From an uncultured Acidobacteriota bacterium (GTDB lineage: Bacteria > Acidobacteriota > Thermoanaerobaculia > UBA5066 > Gp7-AA6), in contig CAVRXJ010000017.1 in assembly GCA_963725095.1 (NCBI GenBank), forward strand, positions 1,158 to 65,157: 64,000 nt of DNA. The letters are read 5' to 3'. This document shows, piece by piece, positions 42,189-52,074 of this stretch (position 1 is the stretch's first letter; every line of letters starts with the position of its first letter). The translations under genes were made by a program, and so were the position numbers. The notes beneath the pieces were generated by a model. That model worked only from the letters and a program-made list of their open reading frames with translations, was not told the origin of the DNA and made no database searches.

Positions 42189-43625
42189 CTACTCCGTGAC
42201 CGTAGTCTCTTCGGGCGTTTCGGACACTGCTTCGGCGCCGTCGTCTTCCTCGGCCGGCTCCTCCGCTTCGGGCATCTGATCGGCGGCGCGCGCCGCCTCC
42301 AGGATCTTCTCGGCCGATTTCTCGCCGATGCCGGGAATCTGGGCCAGCTCCTCGGCGCTCTTCTCGAGCAGTTCGCCGAGCGTCGTCAGCCCCGCTTCGG
42401 CGAGCTTCTCGGCCGTCTTCTCGCCGACGCCCTCGATCTGCGCGACCGGCGTCTGGCGCCGCCGCGACGCCTGCAGCATCCGGGACAGGGCCTCGGCGAC
42501 CTCGCCCTTGACCTCGGACTCTCCCTTGATCTCGATCTTCATGCCGATCAGCGCCGAGGCGAGGCGGACGTTCTGCCCCTTCTTGCCGATGGCGAGCGAG
42601 AGCTGGTCGTCCTCGACCACGCAATCGAGGCTCATCGACCCGTCCTCGTGGTGGATCGGAGAGACCCGCGTGATCTTGGCGGGCGCGAGCGCGTTCTGCG
42701 CGAAGGTGATCAGGTCGTCCGAGTAGAGGATGACGTCGATCTTCTCCCCGTGCAGCTCCCGCATGATCGACTGGACGCGGCTGCCCCGCATCCCGACGCA
42801 CGCGCCGACGGGATCCACGTCCCGCTCGCGCGAACGGACGGCGATCTTGGCGCGCTCGCCGGGTTGCCGGACGGCGCCCTTGATGACGACCGTGCCGTCG
42901 TAGATCTCGGGCACTTCCATCTCGAAGAGCCGGATCAGGAGGCGGGGGTCGGTGCGCGAGAGGATCAGCTGCGGCCCCTTGGGGTTCTTGTGCACGTCGT
43001 GCAGGACCGCGCGGATGCGCTCGCCCTGGCCGTACCGCTCCATCCGCGACTGCTGGTCGCGCGGGATGACGGCCTCGCTCTTCCCGAGGTCGACGACCAT
43101 GTCGCCGCGCTCGAAACGCTTGACCGTGCCGCTCATCAGCTCGCCGACCTTGGGGAAGAACTCGTTGTAGATGTTGTCGCGCTCGGCCTCGCGCACCTTC
43201 TGGTAGAGCACCTGCTTGGCCGTCTGCGCGGCGATCCGGCCCAGGCCCACCGGCTCGCGGTACTGCCGGACCTCGTCCCCGAGCGCGACTTCCGCGACTT
43301 CGACGGGCGGCTCGCCCTCGGGCCCCGGGCGCAGGACGCGGACGTCGCCGCGCGTGCCTTGCTTGGCGACGAGCTCCCGCGCTTCTTCGAGGAGCATCTG
43401 CGGCGGCGGCTCCTCCGATTCCGTGTCGAGCTCCTCGACCACGGTCCGGCGGGACGTCACGGTCATCTCGCCGGTCTTCCGGTCGATCGACGTCACGACG
43501 GCCTTGTCGCGGTAGTACTTGCGGGCGGCGGAAGACATGGCTTCCTCGAGCGCCCCGAACATCTTCTCCGGGTCGATGTCCTTCTCCCGCGAGACTTGTC
43601 GAATCACCGACGGATCGATGATCAT
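42189..43625 (-). CDS. nusA: transcription termination/antitermination factor NusA
   Basis: ATG 43625 overlaps the rimP stop (ATGA). S1, two KH domains and C-terminal HhH repeats (..IEGVGEKTAEKLAEAGLTTLGELL..IPGIGEKSAEKILEAA). Intact. Confidence 0.95.
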   Translation of the reverse strand: MIIDPSVIRQVSREKDIDPEKMFGALEEAMSSAARKYYRDKAVVTSIDRKTGEMTVTSRRTVVEELDTESEEPPPQMLLEEARELVAKQGTRGDVRVLRPGPEGEPPVEVAEVALGDEVRQYREPVGLGRIAAQTAKQVLYQKVREAERDNIYNEFFPKVGELMSGTVKRFERGDMVVDLGKSEAVIPRDQQSRMERYGQGERIRAVLHDVHKNPKGPQLILSRTDPRLLIRLFEMEVPEIYDGTVVIKGAVRQPGERAKIAVRSRERDVDPVGACVGMRGSRVQSIMRELHGEKIDVILYSDDLITFAQNALAPAKITRVSPIHHEDGSMSLDCVVEDDQLSLAIGKKGQNVRLASALIGMKIEIKGESEVKGEVAEALSRMLQASRRRQTPVAQIEGVGEKTAEKLAEAGLTTLGELLEKSAEELAQIPGIGEKSAEKILEAARAADQMPEAEEPAEEDDGAEAVSETPEETTVTE

Positions 43626-44155
43626 TTTGGAAAAGCTCTCCTGCCCCGGTCCGGCCATTCGAAGTCGAGCCGGGCCAGCCGAATATCGGCGAAACGGACA
43701 TTATAGATTTTGCGATTCTCCTCATCAACGACCGTCAGGACGTCGCCCGCGACGGTTTGCAGGACGCCCTGAAAGTTCCGCGCCGGCGACGGCGGGGCCT
43801 TCGAGGGGCCCTGGGATTCCGGGAGAATCGGCGTCTCCGTCTTGACCCGGATGCGCCGTCCGACGAAACGCGCCGCGTCCTCGAGGTCGTAGAGCCGGCG
43901 GTCCAGGCCCGCGGAGGAGACCTCCAGGGTGTACCGGTGGGGAATCTCGTCGGAGCCGTCGAGCAGGGCGGAGGCCTCCCGCGAGACGGCCTCGCACTCG
44001 TCGATCGTCACGGGGGTGCCGTCGGCACGCTCGAGGACCAGGCGCAGGACGGAGTACCTCCCCGCGCCGCCCGACTCGGCGGCCAGAAGCCGGCATCCCT
44101 TTTCCGCGGCGATCGCCCGGATTTCGTTCAGCGTTTCCTCGCTCAAACCCGTCAT
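43622..44155 (-). CDS. rimP: ribosome maturation factor RimP
   Basis: Intact 177 aa. ..YSVLRLVLERADGTPVTIDECEAVSREASALLD..YTLEVSSAGLDRRL... First gene of the rimP-nusA-infB operon. Confidence 0.9.
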   Translation of the reverse strand: MTGLSEETLNEIRAIAAEKGCRLLAAESGGAGRYSVLRLVLERADGTPVTIDECEAVSREASALLDGSDEIPHRYTLEVSSAGLDRRLYDLEDAARFVGRRIRVKTETPILPESQGPSKAPPSPARNFQGVLQTVAGDVLTVVDEENRKIYNVRFADIRLARLDFEWPDRGRRAFPK

Positions 44156-44157
44156 CG

Positions 44158-44186
44158 AACAAAAAAGCGGGCCGAGGCCCGCTTCC
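44158..44186 (-). terminator. intrinsic terminator/attenuator in the leader immediately upstream of rimP
   Basis: Minus strand reads AAGCGGGCC-TC-GGCCCGCTT followed by TTTTGTTCG, then ATG 44155. The stem has up to 9 bp and the U-run includes the last stem T residues. Confidence 0.55.
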
Positions 44187-44355
44187 TTCTCCTCCAGAAG
44201 CCGAAAGCGTCATCTTTCTATCAGAAGGGGCAGGCTTTAAGCAACGAGGCCCCTCCGGGCGGGGCCGCAAACGCCGGCGGGAGCGGCGTTTCGTCACCCC
44301 ATGTGCGAAAAAGAGGCTCCGGGCGAAATCGGGTGCTTCGGGGCAGCGTTAGAGA

Positions 44356-45928
44356 ATGGGGACGAAAGTCCGTACGGCCAAGGACCGCGTGTTCGATTTC
44401 AAGCAAGAAGAAGACGATGACGGGCAGTCGCCGACCCAGTCCATTCTGGGTCTCGGGCGAATCGAGCATTCCCCGTTTCGCATGCCGCACGGGATCCCCC
44501 GCGACATCGGCCAGCCGCCGGGCCAGTCGCTGCTCGGTCTGAGCGGAATCGAGCCCACTCCCTTTCGGCCGGCGCCTCATCCGGCGGGGCAGCCCCCGAC
44601 GGGCTCTCTTCTGGGACTCCAGGGACTCCGGCCCGCTCCGCTCGTGCGGCCCCTCTCCGCCGGGCCCGACGAACCGCCGCCCAACCCGTCGATCCTCGGC
44701 CTGGGCGGCATCCGGCCCTCGGACCTCCCGCCGGTCGCTCGCCGACCTCGCCGGGACGCGCGGCCAAGCCCGTCGTTCTTCGGCCTCGGAGGACCGGTCG
44801 CTGGTCCATCCCGGCGCGGCCGGGTGCGCCGGCCGGGAGCCGGTCCTTCTTCGGTCTGCAGGGGTTGCCCTATGCCGTCGGGCAGCGGCAGCGTCCGGCC
44901 TACCGTGAGCCCGCCGAGATCGACGTTCCCGAGTTCGAGCGCGACGTCGAGCACAAGGCCGAGCCGGCCTTTCCGGTCGAGCGCGCCATCCTCCTCTCGC
45001 TCGCCGCCCACATCCTTCTCTTCTTCCTGATCCTCGCGATGCCCTCGCCCACGCACGACCCCCGCAAGGGACTGCTCGCGGCCTTCCTCCCCCCGAGAAG
45101 ACCGACGAGGAGAAAGTGCCGATCATCTTTCGCGAGGCGCCGGGGCCCGAACGGTCAAACCCCAAGAAGTCGGATCTGTCCGACGCGGACCGCCGGGCGG
45201 GGGGAGGCGATCGCTCGAAGCCGCGCGCGGATTCGCCGTTTGTCCCGCAGCGCCCCGGCAAGGAAGCCCTGCGTCCCGGGCGCGCGCCGTCCGCCGGCGG
45301 CCCCTCCGCCGGGCTCGGCGACCCGTCAGGCCGAGGCGGGCAAGGGGCCGGCCGCCGCGATCGCCGGCGAAGGGAAGGCCGTCGAGGAGCCGGCGCCGCA
45401 ACACGGAAACGGCGCTCGTGGTTCCCAAGAGCACCAACGGGTCGGGCCAGACTCCCGGCGGGCGCTCGGCCGCGACACTTCAGGGATTGAACCAGGCGAT
45501 CCGCGACGCGGCCCGGGGTGTCGGCGAGCAAGGCGAGGAGGGGGCCGGCTTCCCCAACCCCGGTGGAGGGTTCGTCGACTCGGGGCCCCTGTCCTTCGAC
45601 ACGACCTGGTACGACTGGGGCCCCTACGCGGCGGAGATGATCCGGCGCATCAAGCTCCACTGGGACGTGCCCGAGCTCGCCCGGTTCGGCTGGAAGGGCA
45701 GGGTCACGGTGCGCTTCTTCATCCGCGGCGACGGACGCGTCGAGGGCGCCACGATCCTGTCCCGCTCCGGAGTTCCCCCTTTCGACTACGCGGCCCTCCA
45801 GGCGGTCGTGACCTCTTCGCCCTTTCGGCGCCCTCCCCAAGGATCTGGGAAGCGACCGCGAGGGCGTGACCGTAACCTTTTTCTACAACCTGCGTCCTGG
45901 AGAGGCGGGGACCGAGGCCGCGAATTGA
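44356..45928 (+). CDS. TonB-family energy transducer-like protein with a long repeat-containing N-terminal extension (about four apparent frameshifts)
   Basis: The N-terminal ~170 aa carry six ..S(I/L/F)(L/F)GL(G/S/Q)G.. repeats. TM AILLSLAAHILLFFLILAMP and a charged/Pro-rich spacer follow. The TonB_C-like end is ..FDTTWYDWGPYAAEMIRRIKLHWDVPELARFGWKGRVTVRFFIRGDGRVEGATILSRSGVPPFDYAALQAVVTSSPF / LPKDLGSDREGVTVTFFYNL..* with TGA at 45926-45928. Confidence 0.7.
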
Positions 45929-46358
45929 ACGATTCGATCGAGATCCGGAAGGCGCTCGAGAGCGCCCGCACGGTGGCGGTCGTCGGCTGCTCCCCGAATC
46001 CCGCACCGTCCGTCCCACATGATCGCGCAGCGGCTCCAGGAGATCGGTTACCGCGTCGTGCCGGTCAATCCGCGGCCATCGGGAGATCCTGGGCGAGCCG
46101 TGCTACCCGAGCCTCGCCGAGATCCCGAGCGAGGTGTCCATCGACATCGTGGACGTCTTCCGCCGGTCCTCCGAGGTGGCGCCGGTGGCGGCCCAGGCGA
46201 TCGCGCGGGGGGTCTCCTTCTTCTTCATGCAGCAGGGGGTCGTCGACCCGGCCTCGGCGGCCCGGCTGGAGGCGGCGGGGATCCCCGTGGCCATGGACCG
46301 CTGCATTGCCGTCGAGTACAGCCGGCTGGCGGTATCCAGGCGGAATTCAACCGCCTGA
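45925..46358 (+). CDS. CoA-binding domain protein (YccU/YneT-like; two apparent frameshifts near 46005 and 46080)
   Basis: TTG 45925 overlaps the upstream stop (TTGA). IEIRKALESARTVAVVGCSPNP / SHMIAQRLQEIGYRVVPVNP / ..CYPSLAEIPSEVSIDIVDVFRRSSEVAPVAAQAIARGVSFFFMQQGV... Confidence 0.7.
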
Positions 46359-46412
46359 TGCCGCGTTTCCTCTGACTGTCCGGGGCCTGGCCCCGGCTCA
46401 AGTAAGGAGCAA

Positions 46413-47943
46413 GTGATTCGTATGCAGAAGTCCACCAAGCGCGCGCTGTCCTTCTCCGTCCTGATCGCGGCCGCCGTCATCTTCGGGATGGTCGTGGCGG
46501 GCTCCGTCGATCTGACGCCGAAGTCCGAGGCGCAGCGCGAAACGTCGGCTCCCGCCCGGGCCGCGACCCTGGCGCTGCCCTCCTTTGCCGACATCGCCGA
46601 CGAGGCGATGCCTTCGGTCGTCTCCATCACGTCCACCGACATCGTCAAGGGCCCCTCGGGCCGCAACCGGATGAATCCGTTCGGCGGCGACGGGGGCGGC
46701 GATCCCTTCGAGTTCTTCTTCGGCCAGCCGCTCGCCGCGGCGCGGCCAGCCCCGCGACGAAGACGAGCAGCACAAGGAGCAGCAGGGCGGGACCGGGTTC
46801 GTGATCTCCGACGACGGCGAGATCGTGACGAACAACCACGTGATCGACGGCGCCGACAAGATCGAGGTTCGCCTCGGGCGCGACCGCTACACCGCGAAGG
46901 TCATCGGCCGCGACCAGGCCACCGACCTCGCGCTGCTCAAGATCGACATCAACAAGAAGCTCACGCCCCTGCCGCTGGGCGACTCCAACCGCCTCCGCGT
47001 CGGCGAGTGGGTGATGGCGATCGGCGATCCGCTGAACTTCGACAAGACGGTCACGATCGGCGTCGTTTCGGCCAAGGACCGCTCCGGCCTGACGACCGAC
47101 GCCACCGCGCGCTCCTTCGAGAGCTTCATCCAGACGGACGCCGCGATCAACTTCGGCAATTCGGGCGGGCCGCTGATCAACGTGCGCGGCGAAGTCGTCG
47201 GCATCAACACGGCCATGTACCGGCCGGCGCAGAACATCGGGTTCGCGGTGCCGGTCAACACCTTGAAGGACGTCCTCGGCCAGCTGCGCGAGCGCGGGAA
47301 GGTCGTGCGCGGCTACCTCGGCATCAACATCCAGAACGTGGACAGCGACAAGGCGGCGGCGTTCAAGCTGAAGTCGCAGGACGGCGCGTTCGTGCAGTCG
47401 GTGCTGCCGGGTGAGCCGGCCGACAAGGCCGGGGTCAAGCCGGGCGACACGATCGTCAAGGTCGACAACACGTCGGTCAAGGAGGTCCGCGACCTGATCG
47501 GGTACGTCTCCTCCCGGCCGCCGGGCAGCAAGGTGAAGCTCGACGTCGTGCGCGACGGCAAGGACATGGTCTTGACCGCCACGCTGACCGAGCGCGGCGC
47601 CGAGGGCTCCGACGACGACACCAAGGGCAAGGCGAGCTCCGACGACTCGCGGGGAAAGATCGGCGTCTCGGTGCAGGAGATCACCGCGCAGATCCGCCAG
47701 ATGGCGAACCTCGAGCCGTCGGTCCAGGGCCTCTTCGTCGTGCACGTCAAGGAAGTGTCTCCGGCGGCCGATGCGGGCCTGGCGGACGGCGACGTCATCA
47801 CGCAGGTCAACGGGCAGAACGTGTCCTCGACGGAGGAGTTCGGCCGCATCGTCAAGGCGGCCAAGTCCGGGGACTACCTGCGGCTCTACGTCTATCGCCC
47901 GCAGGCGAAGGTCTCGTTCTTCGCCCTGGTCAAGATCGACTGA
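46413..47943 (+). CDS. htrA: periplasmic serine endoprotease DegP/HtrA family with two PDZ domains (one apparent frameshift near 46740)
   Basis: AAGGAG at 46404-09; GTG 46413 or ATG 46422. Signal/TM ..ALSFSVLIAAAVIFGMVVAG. Catalytic TNNHV, DLALLKI, GNSGGPLIN. PDZ segments follow. Stop at 47941-43. Confidence 0.9.
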
Positions 47944-47967
47944 GGCGCGGCCGCGAAGCCGATCGGC

Positions 47968-47998
47968 GCGCCCGCCTTCCGGCGGGCGCATCTGTTTT
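47968..47998 (+). terminator. intrinsic terminator after htrA
   Basis: 9-bp GC stem GCGCCCGCC / GGCGGGCGC with loop TTCC, followed by ATCTGTTTT. Confidence 0.7.
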
Positions 47999-48095
47999 GG
48001 GGGAAGGAAACCGGGCGCGGCCAGTCGAGACCTGGGAGGGGACCGCGCCCGGAGTTCCGTGCGAATCCGCGATTCGGAGGACGAGCGCCTAGCCC

Positions 48096-49462
48096 ATGGC
48101 CCAGACGCATCCTCGTCGTCGACGACGACGCCGGCATCCGCGACGCGCTGCGGATGATCCTCGAGTACGAGGGCTACGCGGTCTCGGCGGCGGCCGACGG
48201 CCAGGAGGGCCTCGCGGAGCTCGAGGCCAGGCCCCCGGCCGCGGTCCTGCTCGACATCAAGATGCCCGGGATGGACGGCCTCGAGGTCCTCGACCGCATC
48301 GTGGCGCGGGAAGGGGCTCCGCCCGTTCTGATGATCTCGGGGCACGGCGACATCGCGACGGCCGTCGAGAGCACGCGGCGCGGGGCCGTGGATTTCCTGG
48401 AAAAGCCCCCCCAGCGCGAGCGGATCCTCGTCTCGCTCGCCAACGCGCTCTCGCGCGGCTCGCTGGCCGCCGAGAACGAGCGGCTGCGCCGGCGGCTCGA
48501 GGAAGACTCGGTGCTCGTGGGCCAGAGCCCGCCGATGCAGCGGCTGCGCGACGAGATCGCGCGGGCGGCCCCGACCGGCGCGACGGTCCTGATCCAGGGA
48601 GAGAGCGGGACCGGCAAGGAGCTCGTGGCCCGCGAGATCCACCGCGCCTCCCGCGTCGCCGGGCGGCCCGTTCGTCCAGGTCAACTGCGCGGCGATTCCC
48701 GAGGAGCTGATCGAGTCGGAGCTCTTCGGGCACGAGAAGGGGTCCTTCACCGGCGCGGTGCGCCGCCAGGTCGGCAAGTTCGTCGAGGCCGACGGCGGGA
48801 CGATCTTCTTGGACGAGATCGGGGACATGTCCGCCCGCGCGCAGGCCAAGGTGCTGCGCGTTCTGGAGGTGGGAGAGGTGGAGCCCGTGGGCGCGGCCCG
48901 GGTCCGGCAGGTGACCGTGCGCGTGCTGGCGGCGACCAACCGCGACCTGACCGCCTGGATCCGGGAAGGGCGCTTCCGCGAAGACCTCTACTTCCGCCTG
49001 AACGTCGTCCCCGTGCGCACGCCGCCCCTGCGCGACCGCACGGAGGACCTGCCGGATCTGGTCGAGCACTTCACGCGGGTCTTCTCCGACCGCGACCACC
49101 GCAAGCCGCGCCGTTTCGCGGCCGGCGCCCTCGAGATCCTGAAGGCGCGGTCGTGGCCGGGAAACGTTCGGGAGCTGCGCAACCTGATCGAGCGGGTCCT
49201 CATCATGACCGACGCCGATCCGATCGAGGCCCGGGATCTGCCGCCCGAGGCCCGCGTCTCGCCGGCCGAGATCTCCGAGAAGAGCGTCGGGCTCGCGACC
49301 CTTTCGGAGTTCAAGGAGTTCACCGAGCGCCAGTTCCTCGTGGCCAAGCTCCGCGAGAACGGCTGGAACATCAGCCGCACCGCCGAGGTCATCCAGACGC
49401 CGCGCTCGAACCTCTACAAGAAGATCGAGCACCACGCGATCAGCAAGGAGAACGACGGATAG
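48096..49462 (+). CDS. sigma-54-dependent Fis-family response regulator (NtrC family; two apparent frameshifts near 48108 and 48672)
   Basis: REC domain [32 protein letters not shown]+ domain [41 protein letters not shown]-terminal Fis-type HTH ..[23 protein letters not shown]. Confidence 0.85.
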
Positions 49463-49497
49463 GGAGAACGCCGCGGACCTTGCTATCTTCCCCTCCC

Positions 49498-50076
49498 GTG
49501 ATTTCCCTGCAGGATTTCATCGACACCGGAGCGCTGCTCGAGGGCCACTTCCGCCTTTCGAGCGGCCTGCACTCGGACCGCTACCTGCAGTGCGCGCGCC
49601 TGCTCATGTGGCCCGAGCGCGCGGAGGCGGCGGGCCGGGAGCTCGCGGAGCGGCTCTCGGCGTTCTCGCCGCGGGTCGTCGTTTCACCGGCCCTGGGCGG
49701 CCTGATCATCGGGCACGAGACGGCGCGCGCGCTCGCGACGCGGTTTCGTCTTCGTCGAGCGCCAGGAGGGAGCCTTCGCGCTGCGGCGCGGGTTCCAGCT
49801 CGAGCCGGGCGAGCCGGCCGTCGTCGTCGAGGACGTCTTCACGACCGGAAAGTCCACGCGCGAGGCGATCGGCGCCGCGGAACGGGCGGGGGGCCGCGTC
49901 GTCGCCGTCGGCTCGATCGTGGACCGCGGGCTTGCCGGCCGGGGCGTTCGCCGTGCCCTCCCGATCGCTCCTCTCGCTGTCCGTGCCGGCGTGGACCGAG
50001 GCGCAGTGTCCGCTCTGCCGCGAAGGGCGTGCCGCTCGACACGCCCGGCAGCCGCTTCGGGTCGGCGCGGGGATAA
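49498..50076 (+). CDS. pyrE: orotate phosphoribosyltransferase (about three apparent frameshifts)
   Basis: GTG 49498. [35 protein letters not shown].., ..[19 protein letters not shown].., PRPP motif [19 protein letters not shown]-term ..[17 protein letters not shown]... Confidence 0.8.
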   Translation: MISLQDFIDTGALLEGHFRLSSGLHSDRYLQCARLLMWPERAEAAGRELAERLSAFSPRVVVSPALGGLIIGHETARALATRFRLRRAPGGSLRAAARVPARAGRAGRRRRGRLHDRKVHARGDRRRGTGGGPRRRRRLDRGPRACRPGRSPCPPDRSSRCPCRRGPRRSVRSAAKGVPLDTPGSRFGSARG

Positions 50077-50085
50077 GATTCCGGC

Positions 50086-50667
50086 ATGGACCTGAAGCGC
50101 GTTTGCGTCTACTGCGGCAGCAGCGCCTCCCGCGGCGACGCGGCGGAGACGGAGATCCGCTCCTTCGGCCGCGAGATCGCGCGGCGCGGCATCACGCTCG
50201 TCTACGGCGGCGCGTCGCGGGGCCTGATGGGCGCCGTCGCCGACGAGGTTCTCGGCGCGGGCGGCAAGGTGATCGGCGTGATTCCCAAGGCGCTCGAGGG
50301 CCGGGAGTCGGCGCACCGCGGCCTGACGGAGCTGCAGGTCGTGGCGCACGATGCACGAGCGCGAGCAGCGGCTGTTCGACCTCGTCCGACGCCTTCGTGG
50401 CGTTTCCGGGCGGCTTCGGCACGATGGAAGAGATCCTCGAGATGCTCACCTGGAAGCAGATCGGCATCCACGGCAAGCCGATCGTGCTCGCCAACATCGG
50501 CGGTTACTTCGATCCGCTGCTGGCACAGTTCGAAGCCGCGATCAAGAGCAAGTACGCCCGCGCCGGAGGACCGCATCCTGTTCGCCGTGGCCGAAAACAC
50601 GAAGGCGATCCTCACCCTGCTCGACGGCGCCCCGGTCATGTCGCGCCGGGCCGGGGACTGGGCTTAG
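50086..50667 (+). CDS. LOG family protein (TIGR00730, cytokinin riboside 5'-monophosphate phosphoribohydrolase-like; about three apparent frameshifts)
   Basis: RVCVYCGSS.., [15 protein letters not shown].., [57 protein letters not shown]... Confidence 0.8.
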   Translation: MDLKRVCVYCGSSASRGDAAETEIRSFGREIARRGITLVYGGASRGLMGAVADEVLGAGGKVIGVIPKALEGRESAHRGLTELQVVAHDARARAAAVRPRPTPSWRFRAASARWKRSSRCSPGSRSASTASRSCSPTSAVTSIRCWHSSKPRSRASTPAPEDRILFAVAENTKAILTLLDGAPVMSRRAGDWA

Positions 50668-50668
50668 C

Positions 50669-51601
50669 CTAACGCGACCCGTCGCCGCGCAGCTTCATCT
50701 CCTCGAGCAGCGTGCGGTTGATCGATACGAGATCGGCCAGCAGCGCGATCAGGAACGTCAGCACGCCGACGAGGATCAGCACGGCCGCGAGGATCAGCGA
50801 CTGGATGTGTCCCGCCGCGCGCTCGGTGAAGAAGAAGTAGTAGAGAAAGCGCGCCCCGAGGGCCGTGCCGGCCAGCAGGAAGAGGCCGGCCGCGGCGGAG
50901 AAGAGCTTGAGCGGCTTGTAGAGCGCCGTGATCCGAAGGATGTTGGCGCCCTGGACGAGCACGTAGTGCGGGACCGAGGAGAGCAGCCGCGAGCGCCTCG
51001 GGGTCTCGTGCGCGCGCACCGGGACCGAGACGACGCGCAGTCCCTTCGAGCCCGCCTGGATGATCGTCTCCAGGGTATAGGTCATCCGCGAGAAGACGTT
51101 CACGCGCCGGGCGGACTCGCGCGAGAAAGCGCGGAATCCCGACGTCGCGTCCGGCACCGCGATGCCCGCGGCCTGCTCGACGACCCAGCTTCCGAGGCGC
51201 TGGAGCAGCCGCTTGGCGGGGGAGAAGTGGGACAGGGTGCCGGGCCCGCGGTCGCCGATCACGACGTCCGCGCGGCCCGCGAGGATCGGCGCGACGAGGT
51301 CCGGAAGGTCGCGCGGGTCGTACTGGCCGTCGGCATCGAGGTTGACGATGACGTCGGCGCCCAGGCCGAGCGCGGCGTCGAGCCCCGCGCGGAAGGCGGC
51401 GGCGAGCCCGGCGTGCGCCGGCAGGCGAAGGACCCGCGCGCCGGCCGCCTGCGCGAGCTCGGCCGTGCGGTCGGTCGAGCCGTCGTCGACGACCAGGATG
51501 ACGACCTCGGAAAAGGCCGGCAGGCTCCGGGGAAGAGCGGCGAGCGTCTGCGGCAGCGCCTCCTCTTCGTTCCAGGCCGGGATCTGAATGACGAGCTTCA
51601 T
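50669..51601 (-). CDS. glycosyltransferase family 2, polyprenol-phosphate glycosyltransferase (DPM1/GtrB-like) with C-terminal TM helices
   Basis: Intact 310 aa. [37 protein letters not shown], then two C-terminal TM segments. Confidence 0.85.
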   Translation of the reverse strand: MKLVIQIPAWNEEEALPQTLAALPRSLPAFSEVVILVVDDGSTDRTAELAQAAGARVLRLPAHAGLAAAFRAGLDAALGLGADVIVNLDADGQYDPRDLPDLVAPILAGRADVVIGDRGPGTLSHFSPAKRLLQRLGSWVVEQAAGIAVPDATSGFRAFSRESARRVNVFSRMTYTLETIIQAGSKGLRVVSVPVRAHETPRRSRLLSSVPHYVLVQGANILRITALYKPLKLFSAAAGLFLLAGTALGARFLYYFFFTERAAGHIQSLILAAVLILVGVLTFLIALLADLVSINRTLLEEMKLRGDGSR

Positions 51602-51820
51602 GGGCGTCGGCCCGCCAGTCTATGATCCCGGGGTCCCATTCGCCCCTGCCGATCCTTTGTGCTAAATTCTCGCCCCCCCGGCCGGGCCGGGGAACGCTCT
51701 TTTTCAATCAGGGACGAAGGCCGGGATGAGGGGGCGGGGACCGCGAGGTTCCCCGAGACCCCGGGAAAGCCTCGCGGGCTCCCGGCCCGTAGCCCCCCGG
51801 GATCTCCCGGGACGCACGGA

Positions 51821-51895
<75 letters not shown>

Positions 51896-51911
51896 ACTTC
51901 GTTTGCGACGA

Positions 51912-51987
51912 AGGCGCTTAGCTCAGCTGGGAGAGCGCTACCTTCACACGGTAGAGGTCAACGGTTCGATCCCGTTAGCGCCTACCA
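51912..51987 (+). tRNA. tRNA-Val (anticodon CAC)
   Basis: Acceptor AGGCGCT/AGCGCCT, D arm GCTC-AGCTGGGA-GAGC, anticodon arm CTACC-TTCACAC-GGTAG, T arm AACGG-TTCGATC-CCGTT, discriminator A, encoded CCA. Confidence 0.9.
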
Positions 51988-52002
51988 AGACGAATGCGAT
52001 GG

Positions 52003-52031
52003 ACGCGGGGTGACCCGCGTTTTTGCTTTTT
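52003..52031 (+). terminator. intrinsic terminator after the tRNA-Val pair
   Basis: ACGCGGG-GTGA-CCCGCGT followed by TTTTGCTTTTT. Confidence 0.75.
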
Positions 52032-52074
52032 AGGGGAGATAGAGACAGGTCGGACATGGAAGCGCGGCGCAACG

